Assembly (NCBI RefSeq): GCF_001272835.1 | Contig: NZ_CP010546.1 | Location: forward strand, 242,809-274,808 | Reading direction: 5' to 3' | DNA: 32,000 nt | Origin: Mycoplasmoides pneumoniae FH | GTDB taxonomy: Bacteria; Bacillota_I; Bacilli_A; Mycoplasmatales; Mycoplasmoidaceae | Shown: positions 1 through 9,320 of the stretch, in pieces | Layout: every line of letters starts with the position of its first letter | How positions within the stretch are numbered: the stretch's first letter is position 1 | The notes under the pieces: model-generated | The model's database searches: none | What the model saw: only the letters and a program-made list of their open reading frames with translations | What the model was told of the DNA's origin: nothing | Made by a program: the position numbers and the translations under genes

Positions 1-1
1 C

Positions 2-1063
2 AAAGATATTTGTGATATTACACGCGGTAGAGTTATCAGCAAATTGGACATTAAAAAAGATCCAGGAGTTTTTCCTGTTTATTCGGCAGCTACTAATAAC
101 GATGGGGAGTTTGGTCGAATAAATTCTTATGACTTTGATGGTGAATATGTTACTTGAACAGCTGACGGTTATGGAGGGGCTGTTTTTTATCGTAATGGTA
201 AATTTAGCATCACAAATCTTTGTGGTCTTTTGAAAGTAAAAAATAAAGAAATTAGTTCAAAATATCTTGCTCATATTTTGAAACTAGAAGCACCGAAATT
301 CACAAACCGTGTTTTTAAAAATAGACCTAAGTTAACACATAAAACAATGGCCGAAATTCCCATTGATTTCCCACCCTTGAAAATTCAAGAGAAAATTGCT
401 ACTATCTTAGATACTTTTACCGAGCTAAGGGCGCGCAAGAAGCAGTATGCCTTCTATCGCGATTATCTGCTTAATCAAGAAAATATCCGAAAAATTTATG
501 GAGCAAATATACCTTTCGAAACTTTTCAAGTAAAGGATATTTGTGAAATTAGAAGAGGTCGAGCGATCACTAAAGCGTATATTAGGAATAATCCTGGAGA
601 AAATCCAGTTTATTCCGCAGCTACCACAAATGATGGTGAGTTAGGACACATTAAAGATTGCGACTTTGATGGTGAATACATCACTTGAACTACAAATGGT
701 TATGCTGGAGTAGTTTTTTATCGTAATGGCAAGTTTAATGCATCACAAGATTGCGGTGTTTTAAAAGTTAAAAATAAAAAAATCTGCACCAAATTCCTAT
801 CCCTTTTATTAAAGATAGAAGCGCCAAAATTCGTTCATAATCTAGCTTCAAGACCAAAATTAAGCCAAAAAGTAATGGCTGAAATCGAACTCTCTTTCCC
901 ACCTCTAGAAATCCAAGAAAAGATTGCCGATATTCTCTTTGCTTTTGAAAAACTTTGCAATGATTTAGTAGAAGGTATTCCTGCCGAAATTGAATTGCGT
1001 AAAAAGCAATTGGATTACTATCAGAACTTCTTATTTAATTGAGTTCAAAAAATAAGAAATTAG
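2..1063 (+). CDS. hsdS: Type I restriction-modification specificity subunit HsdS (5' truncated by window start)
   Basis: Frame 2 is open from base 2 to TAG 1061-1063 when TGA=Trp (in-frame TGA e.g. 686-688). It holds two related target-recognition domains (KDICDITRGRVIS... and KDICEIRRGRAIT...), each followed by PPL.IQEKIA.IL, typical of HsdS. Confidence 0.9.
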
Positions 1064-1110
1064 AAAGTCTCAAATCTCTTTAATAATAAAAGTTAGTTCA
1101 GCAAACCACA

Positions 1111-2791
1111 AACTGATCCCACTTCTCCCCCACGCTCACCCGCTTCTCCACCGGGTTCAACCTCGCGGGGTCGGTGCTCGACCAGGTGTTGGATTATATT
1201 CCCTGGATTGGGAATGGGTACAGGTATGGCAATAACCACCGGGGCGTGGATGATATAACCGCGCCTCAAACCGGCGCGGGGTCGTCCAGCGGAACTAGTA
1301 CGAACACAAGTGGTTCGCGTTCCTTTCTCCCGACGTTCTCGAATGTCGGCGTTGGTCTCAAAGCCAACGTCCAAGCCACGCTCGGTGGCAGTCAGACGAC
1401 GACTACAGGCGGCTCCAAATGATCCACCCTCGACAAAGCCAACCTCCAGCCCTGAACGGGGGCGGGGTGAAGGAATGATAAGACTACTGGGAATAACACC
1501 CAAGGCAACGAAAACCACACCACCTTTAAAAACGCTACGGGGATGGGCAGTCAAAACCAGGGTTCTACAACAACTACCTCAGCGGGCAATCCCGATTCTT
1601 TAGTTACTGATAAAGTTGATCAAAAAGGTCAGGTGCAAACAAGTGGTCAAAATTTAAGTGAGACCAACTACACCAACCTCCCCCCCAACCTCACCCCCAC
1701 ATCCGACTGACCGAACGCGCTCAGCTTCACCAACAAGAACAACGCGCAGCGCGCCCAGCTGTTCCTGCACGGCTTGTTGGGCAGCATCCCGGTGTTGGTT
1801 AATAAGAGTGGCGAAAATAACGAAAAATTCCAAGCCACCGACCAAAAATGGTCCTACACCGAATTAAAGTCGGATCAAACCAAGCTCAACCTCCCCGCTT
1901 ATGGTGAGGTGAATGGGCTGTTGAATCCGGCGTTGGTGGAAACCTATTTTGGGACGACGCGTACGTCTAGCACTGCGAACCAAAACAGTACAACCGTCCC
2001 CGGTATCGGTTTAAAATTCCCGAACAAAATAATGATTCAAAGGCTGTGCTGATCACCCCCGGGTTGGCTTGAACGCCCCAGGACGTTGGTAACCTCGTTG
2101 TCAGTGGCACCAGCTTCAGCTTCCAGCTCGGCGGGTGGCTGGTCAGCTTCACGGACTTTGTCAAACCCCGCGCGGGTTACCTCGGACTCCAGTTAACGGG
2201 CTTGGATGAAAGTGATGCGACGCAGCGCGCCCTCATTTGGGCCCCCCGGCCCTGAGCGGCCTTTCGTGGCAGTTGGGTCAACCGGTTGGGCCGCGTGGAG
2301 AGTGTGTGGGATTTGAAGGGGGTGTGGGCGGATCAAGCTCAGTCCGACTCGCAAGGATCTACCACCACCGCAACAGGGGCTACCTTACCGGAGCACCCGA
2401 ATGCTTTGGCCTTTCAGGTGAGTGTGGTGGAAGCGAGTGCTTACAAGCCAAACACGAGCTCCGACCAAACCCAATCCACTAACAGTTCCCCCTACCTGCA
2501 CTTGGTGAAGCCTAAGAAAGTTACCCAATCCGACAAAGTTAGACGACGATCTTAAAAACCTGTTGGACCCCAACGAGGTTCGCGCCAGAATGCTCAAATC
2601 ATTTGGTACAGAAAATTTCACCCAGCCCCAACCCCAACCCCAAGCCCTCAAAACAACGACACCGGTATTTGGGACGAGTAGTGGTAACCTCGGTAGTGTG
2701 CTTAGTGGTGGGGGGTACCACGCAGGGCTCAAGCACCACCAATCAACTGTCACCCGTTCAACGGGTGAGTGGGTGGACCGCTAACTATTAA
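1111..2791 (+). pseudogene. P1-adhesin-related repeat block (RepMP2/3-like), fragmented
   Basis: Encodes P1-like text ([58 protein letters not shown]..., [34 protein letters not shown]..., [25 protein letters not shown]...). Homology moves between frames 1, 3, 1 and 2 near 2015, 2538 and 2712. No convincing start codon or RBS. Confidence 0.9.
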
Positions 2792-2895
2792 TAGGAACTT
2801 TTCTTATTAAGAAGAACTTTTTTGAAAAAAGTTTTGAAGTTATTTTGGTGTCTTTACTAACTTAAAGCAATTTAGTTAACGAATACCCAAAAAGT

Positions 2896-3168
2896 ATGAA
2901 ATTGATTAAATTAGCGAGGTTTCACCGCTTTTTAAAACAAGACCAATTGCAACTTGTTTCTTTGTTTAGCCAAAACTTTTTGCAAGTTTTGTTGACACCT
3001 TTAAATAAACCGGTCAATTTATTTAGTGAAAACACAACAATGAAAACAAATAAAAAATACGCCTTTGCGGCGTTGCTAATGCAAGCTCAAGCTAAGCTCC
3101 CAAATTCATTTAAATTCTTTCTTTCAAAAAAGGAGGTATTACTTAATGAAAGAAAAAACTCCCTTTAA
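2896..3168 (+). CDS. Possible small hypothetical protein (90 aa) upstream of and overlapping the DUF16 gene
   Basis: ATG-initiated ORF 2896..3168 in AT-rich, non-repeat-like sequence; overlaps the downstream start by 23 nt. No recognised family. Confidence 0.35.
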   Translation: MKLIKLARFHRFLKQDQLQLVSLFSQNFLQVLLTPLNKPVNLFSENTTMKTNKKYAFAALLMQAQAKLPNSFKFFLSKKEVLLNERKNSL

Positions 3169-3592
3169 AAACGAAAAAGAATTCCATGAAATGGTGAAAA
3201 AGACCAAAAAGGGCACTTTTTCAGGTTGATATATCATTGACAAAGATAACAACAGTGTGGAATTCTCTGGCAAATTCAACAGACAATTTAAACTTAACAA
3301 ACCGGTTATACCAGTGAACACGGAATACGTAACGCGTAAAGAGTTAAACGAGTACAAAGACTCAAACGACCAACGACTTACAAAGATTGAAACCACTTTG
3401 GCCGCCCAAGGTGAGCAAATCAACAAATTAACTCAAACTGTTGAAAAACAGGGCGAACAAATTAGAGAACTTCAAGTGGAGCAAAAAGCTCAGGGTGAGC
3501 AAATTAAAGCTCAGGGAGAAACCTTAAAGCTAATCTTGCAAACGCTGCAAAAAATGAGTGATCGCTTGGACAAAATTGATCCATCTAAATAG
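3146..3592 (+). CDS. DUF16 / UPF0134 family coiled-coil protein
   Basis: AGGAGG at 3131-3136, ATG at 3146, one TGA=Trp; [40 protein letters not shown]...[35 protein letters not shown]...; C-terminal QGEQI heptad-type repeats. Confidence 0.85.
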
Positions 3593-3615
3593 TTTTTAGG
3601 CTAATAACAAAAGTG

Positions 3616-3653
3616 CCAGCAGTTAATCTTAAAGATTAGTTGCTGGTTTTTTT
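3616..3653 (+). terminator. Intrinsic terminator-like hairpin after the DUF16 gene
   Basis: CCAGCAGTTAATCTT-AA-AGATTAGTTGCTGG with G-U pairs, followed directly by TTTTTTT. Confidence 0.75.
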
Positions 3654-3673
3654 CTTCACAACCAATAAACAAA

Positions 3674-3711
3674 TAAAAAGCCATCCACCGCGAGGTGAAC
3701 GGTAGATGGCT
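3674..3711 (-). terminator. Terminator-like hairpin oriented for minus-strand transcription
   Basis: Arms AGCCATCCACCG (3679-3690) and CGGTAGATGGCT (3700-3711). Read on the minus strand the stem is followed by TTTTTATTTG. Confidence 0.5.
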
Positions 3712-3968
3712 AAAAATAGTTTTTAATGATTTTGAAAACTAACGAAAAGTGTTAGTTTGAGTTGTAAAGCAGTTATGAATGTTTGTTCCTTTAAAAATTT
3801 GTTTTTTGTTTAGCTAAATATGTGCTGAAAGCCATTGCGTTAACATAAGTAAATTAAGACATAAAAAATGAACACATTAATCAAATAAGTGTGGGAACAG
3901 AAAATCAGGCTTTCAACACAAAATTTTCGTTTTTCTGCTCTCACTAAATAAATTGAGTTGGGTTTTAA

Positions 3969-5441
3969 AAACCGCCAAAAATTTTTAATTTAGTTTTTGC
4001 TACTTTCTCCTCCCTCCCCCTCACGGGTGAAAACCCCGGGGCGTGGGCCTTAGTGCGCGATAACACTGCCAAGGGCATCACTGCCGGCAGTGGCAGTCAA
4101 CAAACCACGTATGATCCTGCGCGAACCGAGGCCACCTTGACCACCATCACCTTTGCGCTGCGCCGGTATGACCTCGCCGGGCGCGCCTTATACGACCTCG
4201 ACTTTTCGAAGTTAAACCCACAAACGCCAACGCGTGATGCCAACGGCCAGATCACCTTTAACCCCTTTGGCGGCTTTGGTTTGAGTGGCAGTGCACCCCA
4301 ACAGTGAAACGAGGTCAAAAACAAGGTCCCCGTCGAGGTGGCCCAAGACCCCACCGATCCTTATCGGTTTGCCGTTTTACTCGTGCCGCGCAGTGTGGTG
4401 TACTATGAGCAGTTGCAAAGGGGATTAGCGCTCCCTAACCAAGGGAGTTCGTCAGGCTCCGGTCAACAAAACACCACCATTGGCGCGTATGGGCTGAAGG
4501 TGAAGAACGCCGAGGCGGACACCGCGAAGAGCAATGAAAAACTCCAGGGCGATGAATCCAAGTCTTCCAATGGATCTTCAAGCACTTCCACCACCACCCA
4601 ACGTGGTTCGACCAATTCCGACACCAAAGTCAAGGCTTTAAAAATAGAGGTGAAAAAGAAATCGGACTCGGAGGACAATGGTCAGCTGCAGTTAGAAAAA
4701 AATGATCTCGCCAACGCTCCCATTAAGCGGGGTGAGGAGTCGGGTCAGTCCGTCCAACTCAAGGCGGACGATTTTGGTACTGCCCCTTCCAGTTCGGGAT
4801 CAGGCGGCAACTCCAACCCCGGTTCCCCCACCCCCTGAAGGCCGTGGCTTGCGACTGAGCAAATTCACAAGGACCTCCCCAAATGATCCGCCTCGATCCT
4901 GATTCTGTACGATGCGCCTTATGCGCGCAACCGTACCGCCATTGACCGCGTTGATCACTTGGATCCCAAGGCCATGACCGCGAACTATCCGCCCAGTTGA
5001 AGAACGCCCAAGTGAAACCACCACGGTTTGTGGGACTGAAAGGCGCGCGATGTTTTGTTCCAAACCACCGGGTTCTTCAACCCGCGCCGCCACCCCGAGT
5101 GGTTTGACCAGGGCCAAGCGGTCGCGGATAATACCCAAACCGGGTTTGATGAAAGTAATACTTCGAACACCAAGCAGGGCTTTCAAAAGGAAGCTGACTC
5201 CGACAAGTCGGCCCCCATCGCCCTCCCGTTTGAAGCGTACTTCGCCAACATTGGCAACCTCACCTGGTTCGGGCAAGCGCTTTTGGTGTTTGGTGGCAAT
5301 GGCCATGTTACCAAGTCGGCCCACACCGCGCCTTTGAGTATTTGGCTTTATATATATTTAGTAAAGGCAGTTACTTTTAGGTTGCTTTTAGCTAACTCTT
5401 TATTATCAAAAAGCAACATATATAAAAAAACAGCTAATTAA
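3969..5441 (+). CDS. P1-adhesin-derived open reading frame (contains a RepMP4-like block)
   Basis: Frame 3 is open from 3969 to 5441 with TGA=Trp. Protein [38 protein letters not shown]...[44 protein letters not shown]... matches the P1 N-terminal half up to ...[14 protein letters not shown], then an unrelated tail [16 protein letters not shown]... Start codon unclear (GTG 4053 possible). Confidence 0.7.
4005..5338 (+). repeat. RepMP4-like P1 repeat element
   Basis: GC-rich P1-like segment flanked by AT-rich unrelated sequence; boundaries estimated from where remembered P1 similarity starts and stops. Confidence 0.75.
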
Positions 5442-5583
5442 AGCTAGTAGAGCTAAGCGATTATTTCTTTTAAGTTAAATCTTAGTTGCTCAAGATTAAA
5501 ACGCACTAAATTGAATGCTGTTGTAATAAGGCGTTTTTTCAAATCAAATTCATACACTAAAAGTGCGAAAAGGTTGTATACGC

Positions 5584-5856
5584 ATGGAAAATGCGCGAGT
5601 TCTCTTAATTGTTTTCGGTATCGTACTAATTTTTGTTGGTATTGGCTTTTTATTTTGAGCATTAAGAATTACGCTTAAGCGTCAAAAAGGAGGCGAAGCT
5701 ACTACTAGCTTAACGACTAACGATCCTGCTTTAAAGAACTTTGGTCGGCCAAGTTGATGGCAACGTAATAATCAACTTGTGCTCTTCCTCTTAGCGACAG
5801 TATTTTTGATGTTGGGAATAGGCGGTCTTTCTTCCATTCCCTCAATGTTTAAGTAA
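5584..5856 (+). CDS. Small predicted two-transmembrane protein (90 aa)
   Basis: ATG 5584, TAA 5854-5856, TGA=Trp codons hide it in the ORF track. Translation MENARVLLIVFGIVLIFVGIGFLFWALRITLKRQKGGEATTSLTTNDPALKNFGRPSWWQRNNQLVLLLATVFLMLGIGGLSSIPSMFK, with two hydrophobic helices. Confidence 0.7.
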
Positions 5857-5888
5857 CAAAAATTTAAGGATTTAAAAAAGGTTCATTT

Positions 5889-8711
5889 ATGCAAATTAAA
5901 GCACAGGACACAGGACAGCAAAAGAAGTCCTGTTTATTGTCTAACATCCGCAATAAATGGAAAAACCGGAATCGCGGGAGTTTCCGCCAATGAGTTGGAA
6001 AGCTTTCCAATGGGTTGATGATCCCGATTGCCGTTTTACCTATTGCGGGTATTTTTTTGGGTGTTGGTGATGCAATTGCCGGAAATGCAGGTGATTTAAC
6101 TGGTCTGCGTTATTTCGGACTTTTCATTAAAAATGGTGGTGATGTTGTTTTTGCTAACCTACCCATTTTGTTTGCTATTGCTATAGCAATAACGTTCTCA
6201 CAAGACGCTGGGGTCGCCGGATTTTCGGCCTTTGTCTTTTGAGCTGCTATGAACGGGTTTATGAGCTCGTTAATATTGCCTTTTGATAAAGCAGGCAAAA
6301 TTATTACTGACACTTCGACTCCAATTGCTGGTTTTAAAGTACTTTACTACAAGAGTGTCCCTGTTCATGCTATTGCTACAACCTTGGGACTGCGAACATT
6401 ATCAACCTCAGTATTCGGTGGGATTATTGTAGGTGCCTTAACTTCAGTACTTTACAAGAAGTTTTATGCCATTAGGTTACCTGATGTAATTGGATTCTTT
6501 AGCGGTACTCGTTTTGTCCCTATTATTTGTTTTGTGGTAGCGATTCCTGTTGCGTTAATCTTGTTAATGATCTGACCAGCTGTCTCCATTGGACTTAATG
6601 CTATTGGTACTGGTTTAGGTTTCTTAGGTGGTAAAGGTTATGGTGCCAACAGTTTGATCTTTGGTTACATTGAACGTTCCTTAATTCCGTTTGGTGTGCA
6701 CCACGCCTTCTATGCACCACTTTGATACACCTCTGCTGGTGGTAGCTTACAAGAAATTGTTAACCAACAGGTTTGGATTCGTCCCGACTTCCACTTAAGT
6801 GATAACTATGTAGCACGGGTAATTGGTTGAGTTGATCCTAATAACTCTAGCATGTACATTATTCCTGGTGCATTAAATGGTCAAAATGGAAGTTCAACCG
6901 GTAATACAATGTCAAAAGATCTTAATGGAGCACTTTCTGCCTACATGAGTAAAGAAAGCACAGCTTTCTTAACTTGAAAAGATCTAGTTGATGGCTTAAC
7001 CTTTAAAGGTAATTTTGATAAGATGGCCGAAAACGGTTTGTTAGACGGTTCTAACAAAATTTGATTGGGTCTGAACGGTTCTGGTATTTTAGGTAAAAAA
7101 TTGTTACTAAGTGATGGTAATGTTTACACTATTACCTTTAAAACCTTTGCCAACACTACTCCAATTGCTTGGAGTAAAGGTGCACAGGCAGTGTTACCTT
7201 TAAATGCTAGCTCTACAATCGTTAACAATCCAACCGCTTTAGCAGCAGCTACACAAAGTAATAATAACACTAACAACATTAAACTTTACCCGGTAAATTC
7301 CTTTAGGGTAGCTGTTGAAAGTTTAAATCCAGCGCAATACTCCCAGGGTAAATTCCCCTTCATGTTGTTTGGAATTCCAGCAGCTGGTGTAGCCATGATC
7401 TTGGCAGCACCTAAAGATAGAAGAAAGGAAGCAGCTTCGATTGTTGGTAGTGCAGCATTTACCAGCTTCTTAACTGGTATTACTGAACCATTTGAATTTA
7501 CCTTCTTGTTCTTAGCGCCTTGATTATTCTATGGGGTGCACGCTGTTTTGGCAGCTGTAAGCTTCTGGTTAATGAACATCTTGGGTGCTAATGTGGGTCA
7601 AACCTTCTCTGGTTCCTTTATTGACTTTATTCTCTATGGTGCTTTACCAGATGGTCGTCGTTGGTTAGCAAACTCTTACTTAGTACCTATTATTGGACTG
7701 TTCTTAGCTGCCATCTACTTCCCAACCTTCTACTTCTTAATTAAGCACTTTAACTTGGCAACTCCAGGTCGTGGTGGTAAGTTAATTACCAAGAAGGAAT
7801 ACTTAGCAAGCAAAGCAGCCGCTAAAGCAGAGGGTGTAAGTGGTGTAGCAGAAAACTTTACCCAAACGCAAATTGAAGCGGGCATCTTACTCCAAGCTTA
7901 CGGTGGCAAGGAAAACATTGTTGAACTAGGTGCATGTATTACCAAGTTACGGGTTACTGTTAAGAACCCCGAACTAGTTAAGGAAGAACCTATTAAAGAA
8001 CTTGGAGCTGCTGGGGTAATGCGTACCACCCCAACCTTCTTTGTAGCCGTTTTTGGTACCCGCGCTGCCGTTTACAAATCTGCTATGCAGGACATTATCC
8101 AGGGCAAGGTTAACTGGGAAGCGTTGCAAAAGGTTATTAATACAGATCAACTAGCTGTTGAGCCTAAAGAAACCACTCCACCAAAGGAAGTAATGCCGGT
8201 GGTACAAGACGAAATTGTGATTCTGTCCCCAGTTAACGGTACCTTAAAATCACTCAATCAAGTACCCGATGAAACCTTTAAGCAAAAGCTAGTGGGTGAA
8301 GGTGTTGCCATTGTACCGAGCGATGGTCACTTTAAAGCCCCTGGTGAAGCAGGTGTGAAAACGGAGTTAGCTTTCCCTGGTGGTCACGCTTACATCTTTG
8401 ACATTGATGGCATTAAGGTAATGTTGCACATTGGGATTGACACTGTGCAAATTAACGCCAAAAAACAACCGGGCGAACCACTAGAAGTGTTTGACATTAA
8501 GACCAAACAGGGTGAGTACACTAAGGAAAAGAGTGAAAGTGTAGTGGAAGTTGATTTAAAGAAACTCAGCAAGAAGTACAACCCAATTACCCCATTTGTG
8601 GTAATGAAGGAATCACTAGAAAACTTTAAATTAGTGCCAATCCGCCAACGCGGTGAGATTAAAGTGGGCCAACCAATCTTTAAACTAGTCTACAAGAAGT
8701 CACAGGCATAA
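5889..8711 (+). CDS. ptsG: PTS glucose-specific enzyme IICBA
   Basis: Frame 3 open 5889-8711 (940 aa) with TGA=Trp. EIIC (LMIPIAVLPIAGIFLGVG...), EIIB cysteine motif (ELGACITKLRVTV), EIIA histidine motif (VMLHIGIDTVQ). Confidence 0.95.
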
Positions 8712-8731
8712 AAACTGCTTGGCAAACAAAG

Positions 8732-8759
8732 AGGTCATAGGTAAGCCTATGGCCTTTTT
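8732..8759 (+). terminator. Intrinsic terminator after ptsG
   Basis: AGGTCATAGG-TAAG-CCTATGGCCT with one G-U pair, then TTTT. Confidence 0.8.
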
Positions 8760-9140
8760 GTTTATAATGAAAGTCCGGGGAAGGCTTTAGATGAATTTTT
8801 CCCTGGTGTTTCATCTGGTTATCTTTTATAAGTTTTAGCACCTGCAATTTTTTATGTTCTTGCACGCGTGTAGCAAACATCTTTTAAGTTTTTTCATTCT
8901 TCAACTTTAATTTCTTCAACAGTTTTCTAGTAGTTGCTTATTTTTCAAACTTAAGTTAGTTAGTTAAGTATTGCCTCTTTTTTTGAAGCAGCTACACTTA
9001 TCAAGTTACTCATATTTTTCTTTTTCATATTTAGACATAGGTTGTGTTAAGGGATTTTTAGGACTATCCATGTAAATATATCTGATAACTTATTTTGATT
9101 TTGTTAGCAATAACAACAAAATCCACATCTAAAGCAAACC

Positions 9141-9173
9141 AAAAAGTCACCTGTTTTTAACGGGTGGCTTTTT
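9141..9173 (+). terminator. Intrinsic terminator-like hairpin in the ptsG-rpsB intergenic region
   Basis: AAAAAGTCACCTGTT-TTT-AACGGGTGGCTTTTT: 15-bp stem with two G-U pairs ending in a T run. Confidence 0.65.
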
Positions 9174-9190
9174 AATTGTGGAACTGCAAG

Positions 9191-9215
9191 CTCCTTAATA
9201 ATTCTTATTAAGGAG
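9191..9215 (+). promoter_or_regulatory. Hairpin sequestering a Shine-Dalgarno sequence
   Basis: Perfect inverted repeat CTCCTTAATAA-TTC-TTATTAAGGAG; the right arm contains most of AGGAGG (9211-9216), which lies 6 nt before ATG 9223. Confidence 0.6.
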
Positions 9216-9222
9216 GATGACA

Positions 9223-9264
9223 ATGTTTGGCTTAACACTTTGGCACAAAAATGGTGTTGGTTAG
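9223..9264 (+). CDS. Candidate 13-codon micro-ORF / leader peptide upstream of rpsB
   Basis: AGGAGG 9211-9216, ATG 9223, MFGLTLWHKNGVG, TAG 9262-9264 (an in-frame ATG also at 9217). Confidence 0.35.
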   Translation: MFGLTLWHKNGVG

Positions 9265-9284
9265 CAATCATTAATTAAGTTAAC

Positions 9285-9312
9285 TTGCTCTGTTTGGTGC
9301 ATAATGTAAAAT
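9285..9312 (+). promoter_or_regulatory. Candidate rpsB promoter
   Basis: TTGCTC (9285-9290), 16-nt spacer, TAAAAT (9307-9312); initiation would fall at or just before ATG 9321, implying a leaderless or near-leaderless mRNA. Confidence 0.4.
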
Positions 9313-9320
9313 TACAAAGC

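Noticed and set aside
1093-1603. Long minus-strand and alternate-frame ORFs within the P1-like GC-rich blocks (1093-1603, 2385-2753, 4800-5324)
   Set aside because: They are antisense or out of frame to clear P1 homology, have low-complexity composition, and arise from the GC-rich, codon-biased repeat sequence.
2815-2833. Palindrome AACTTTTTT-G-AAAAAAGTT after the RepMP2/3-like block
   Set aside because: Nearly all A/T pairing and no suitable T run beyond it; could be chance in an AT-rich spacer, so not called a terminator.
3350-3560. Regular repeats in the DUF16 gene considered as CRISPR-like
   Set aside because: Units are in-frame coding heptads without unique spacers; no cas genes in the window.
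5498-5537. AAAACGC...GCGTTTT inverted repeat before the small two-TM gene
   Set aside because: Only 7 bp with a 26-nt loop; too weak to call.
8680-8880. 66-aa minus-strand ORF overlapping the ptsG end and its terminator
   Set aside because: It runs through a strong + strand terminator and the ptsG 3' end, with no recognised family; insufficient support.
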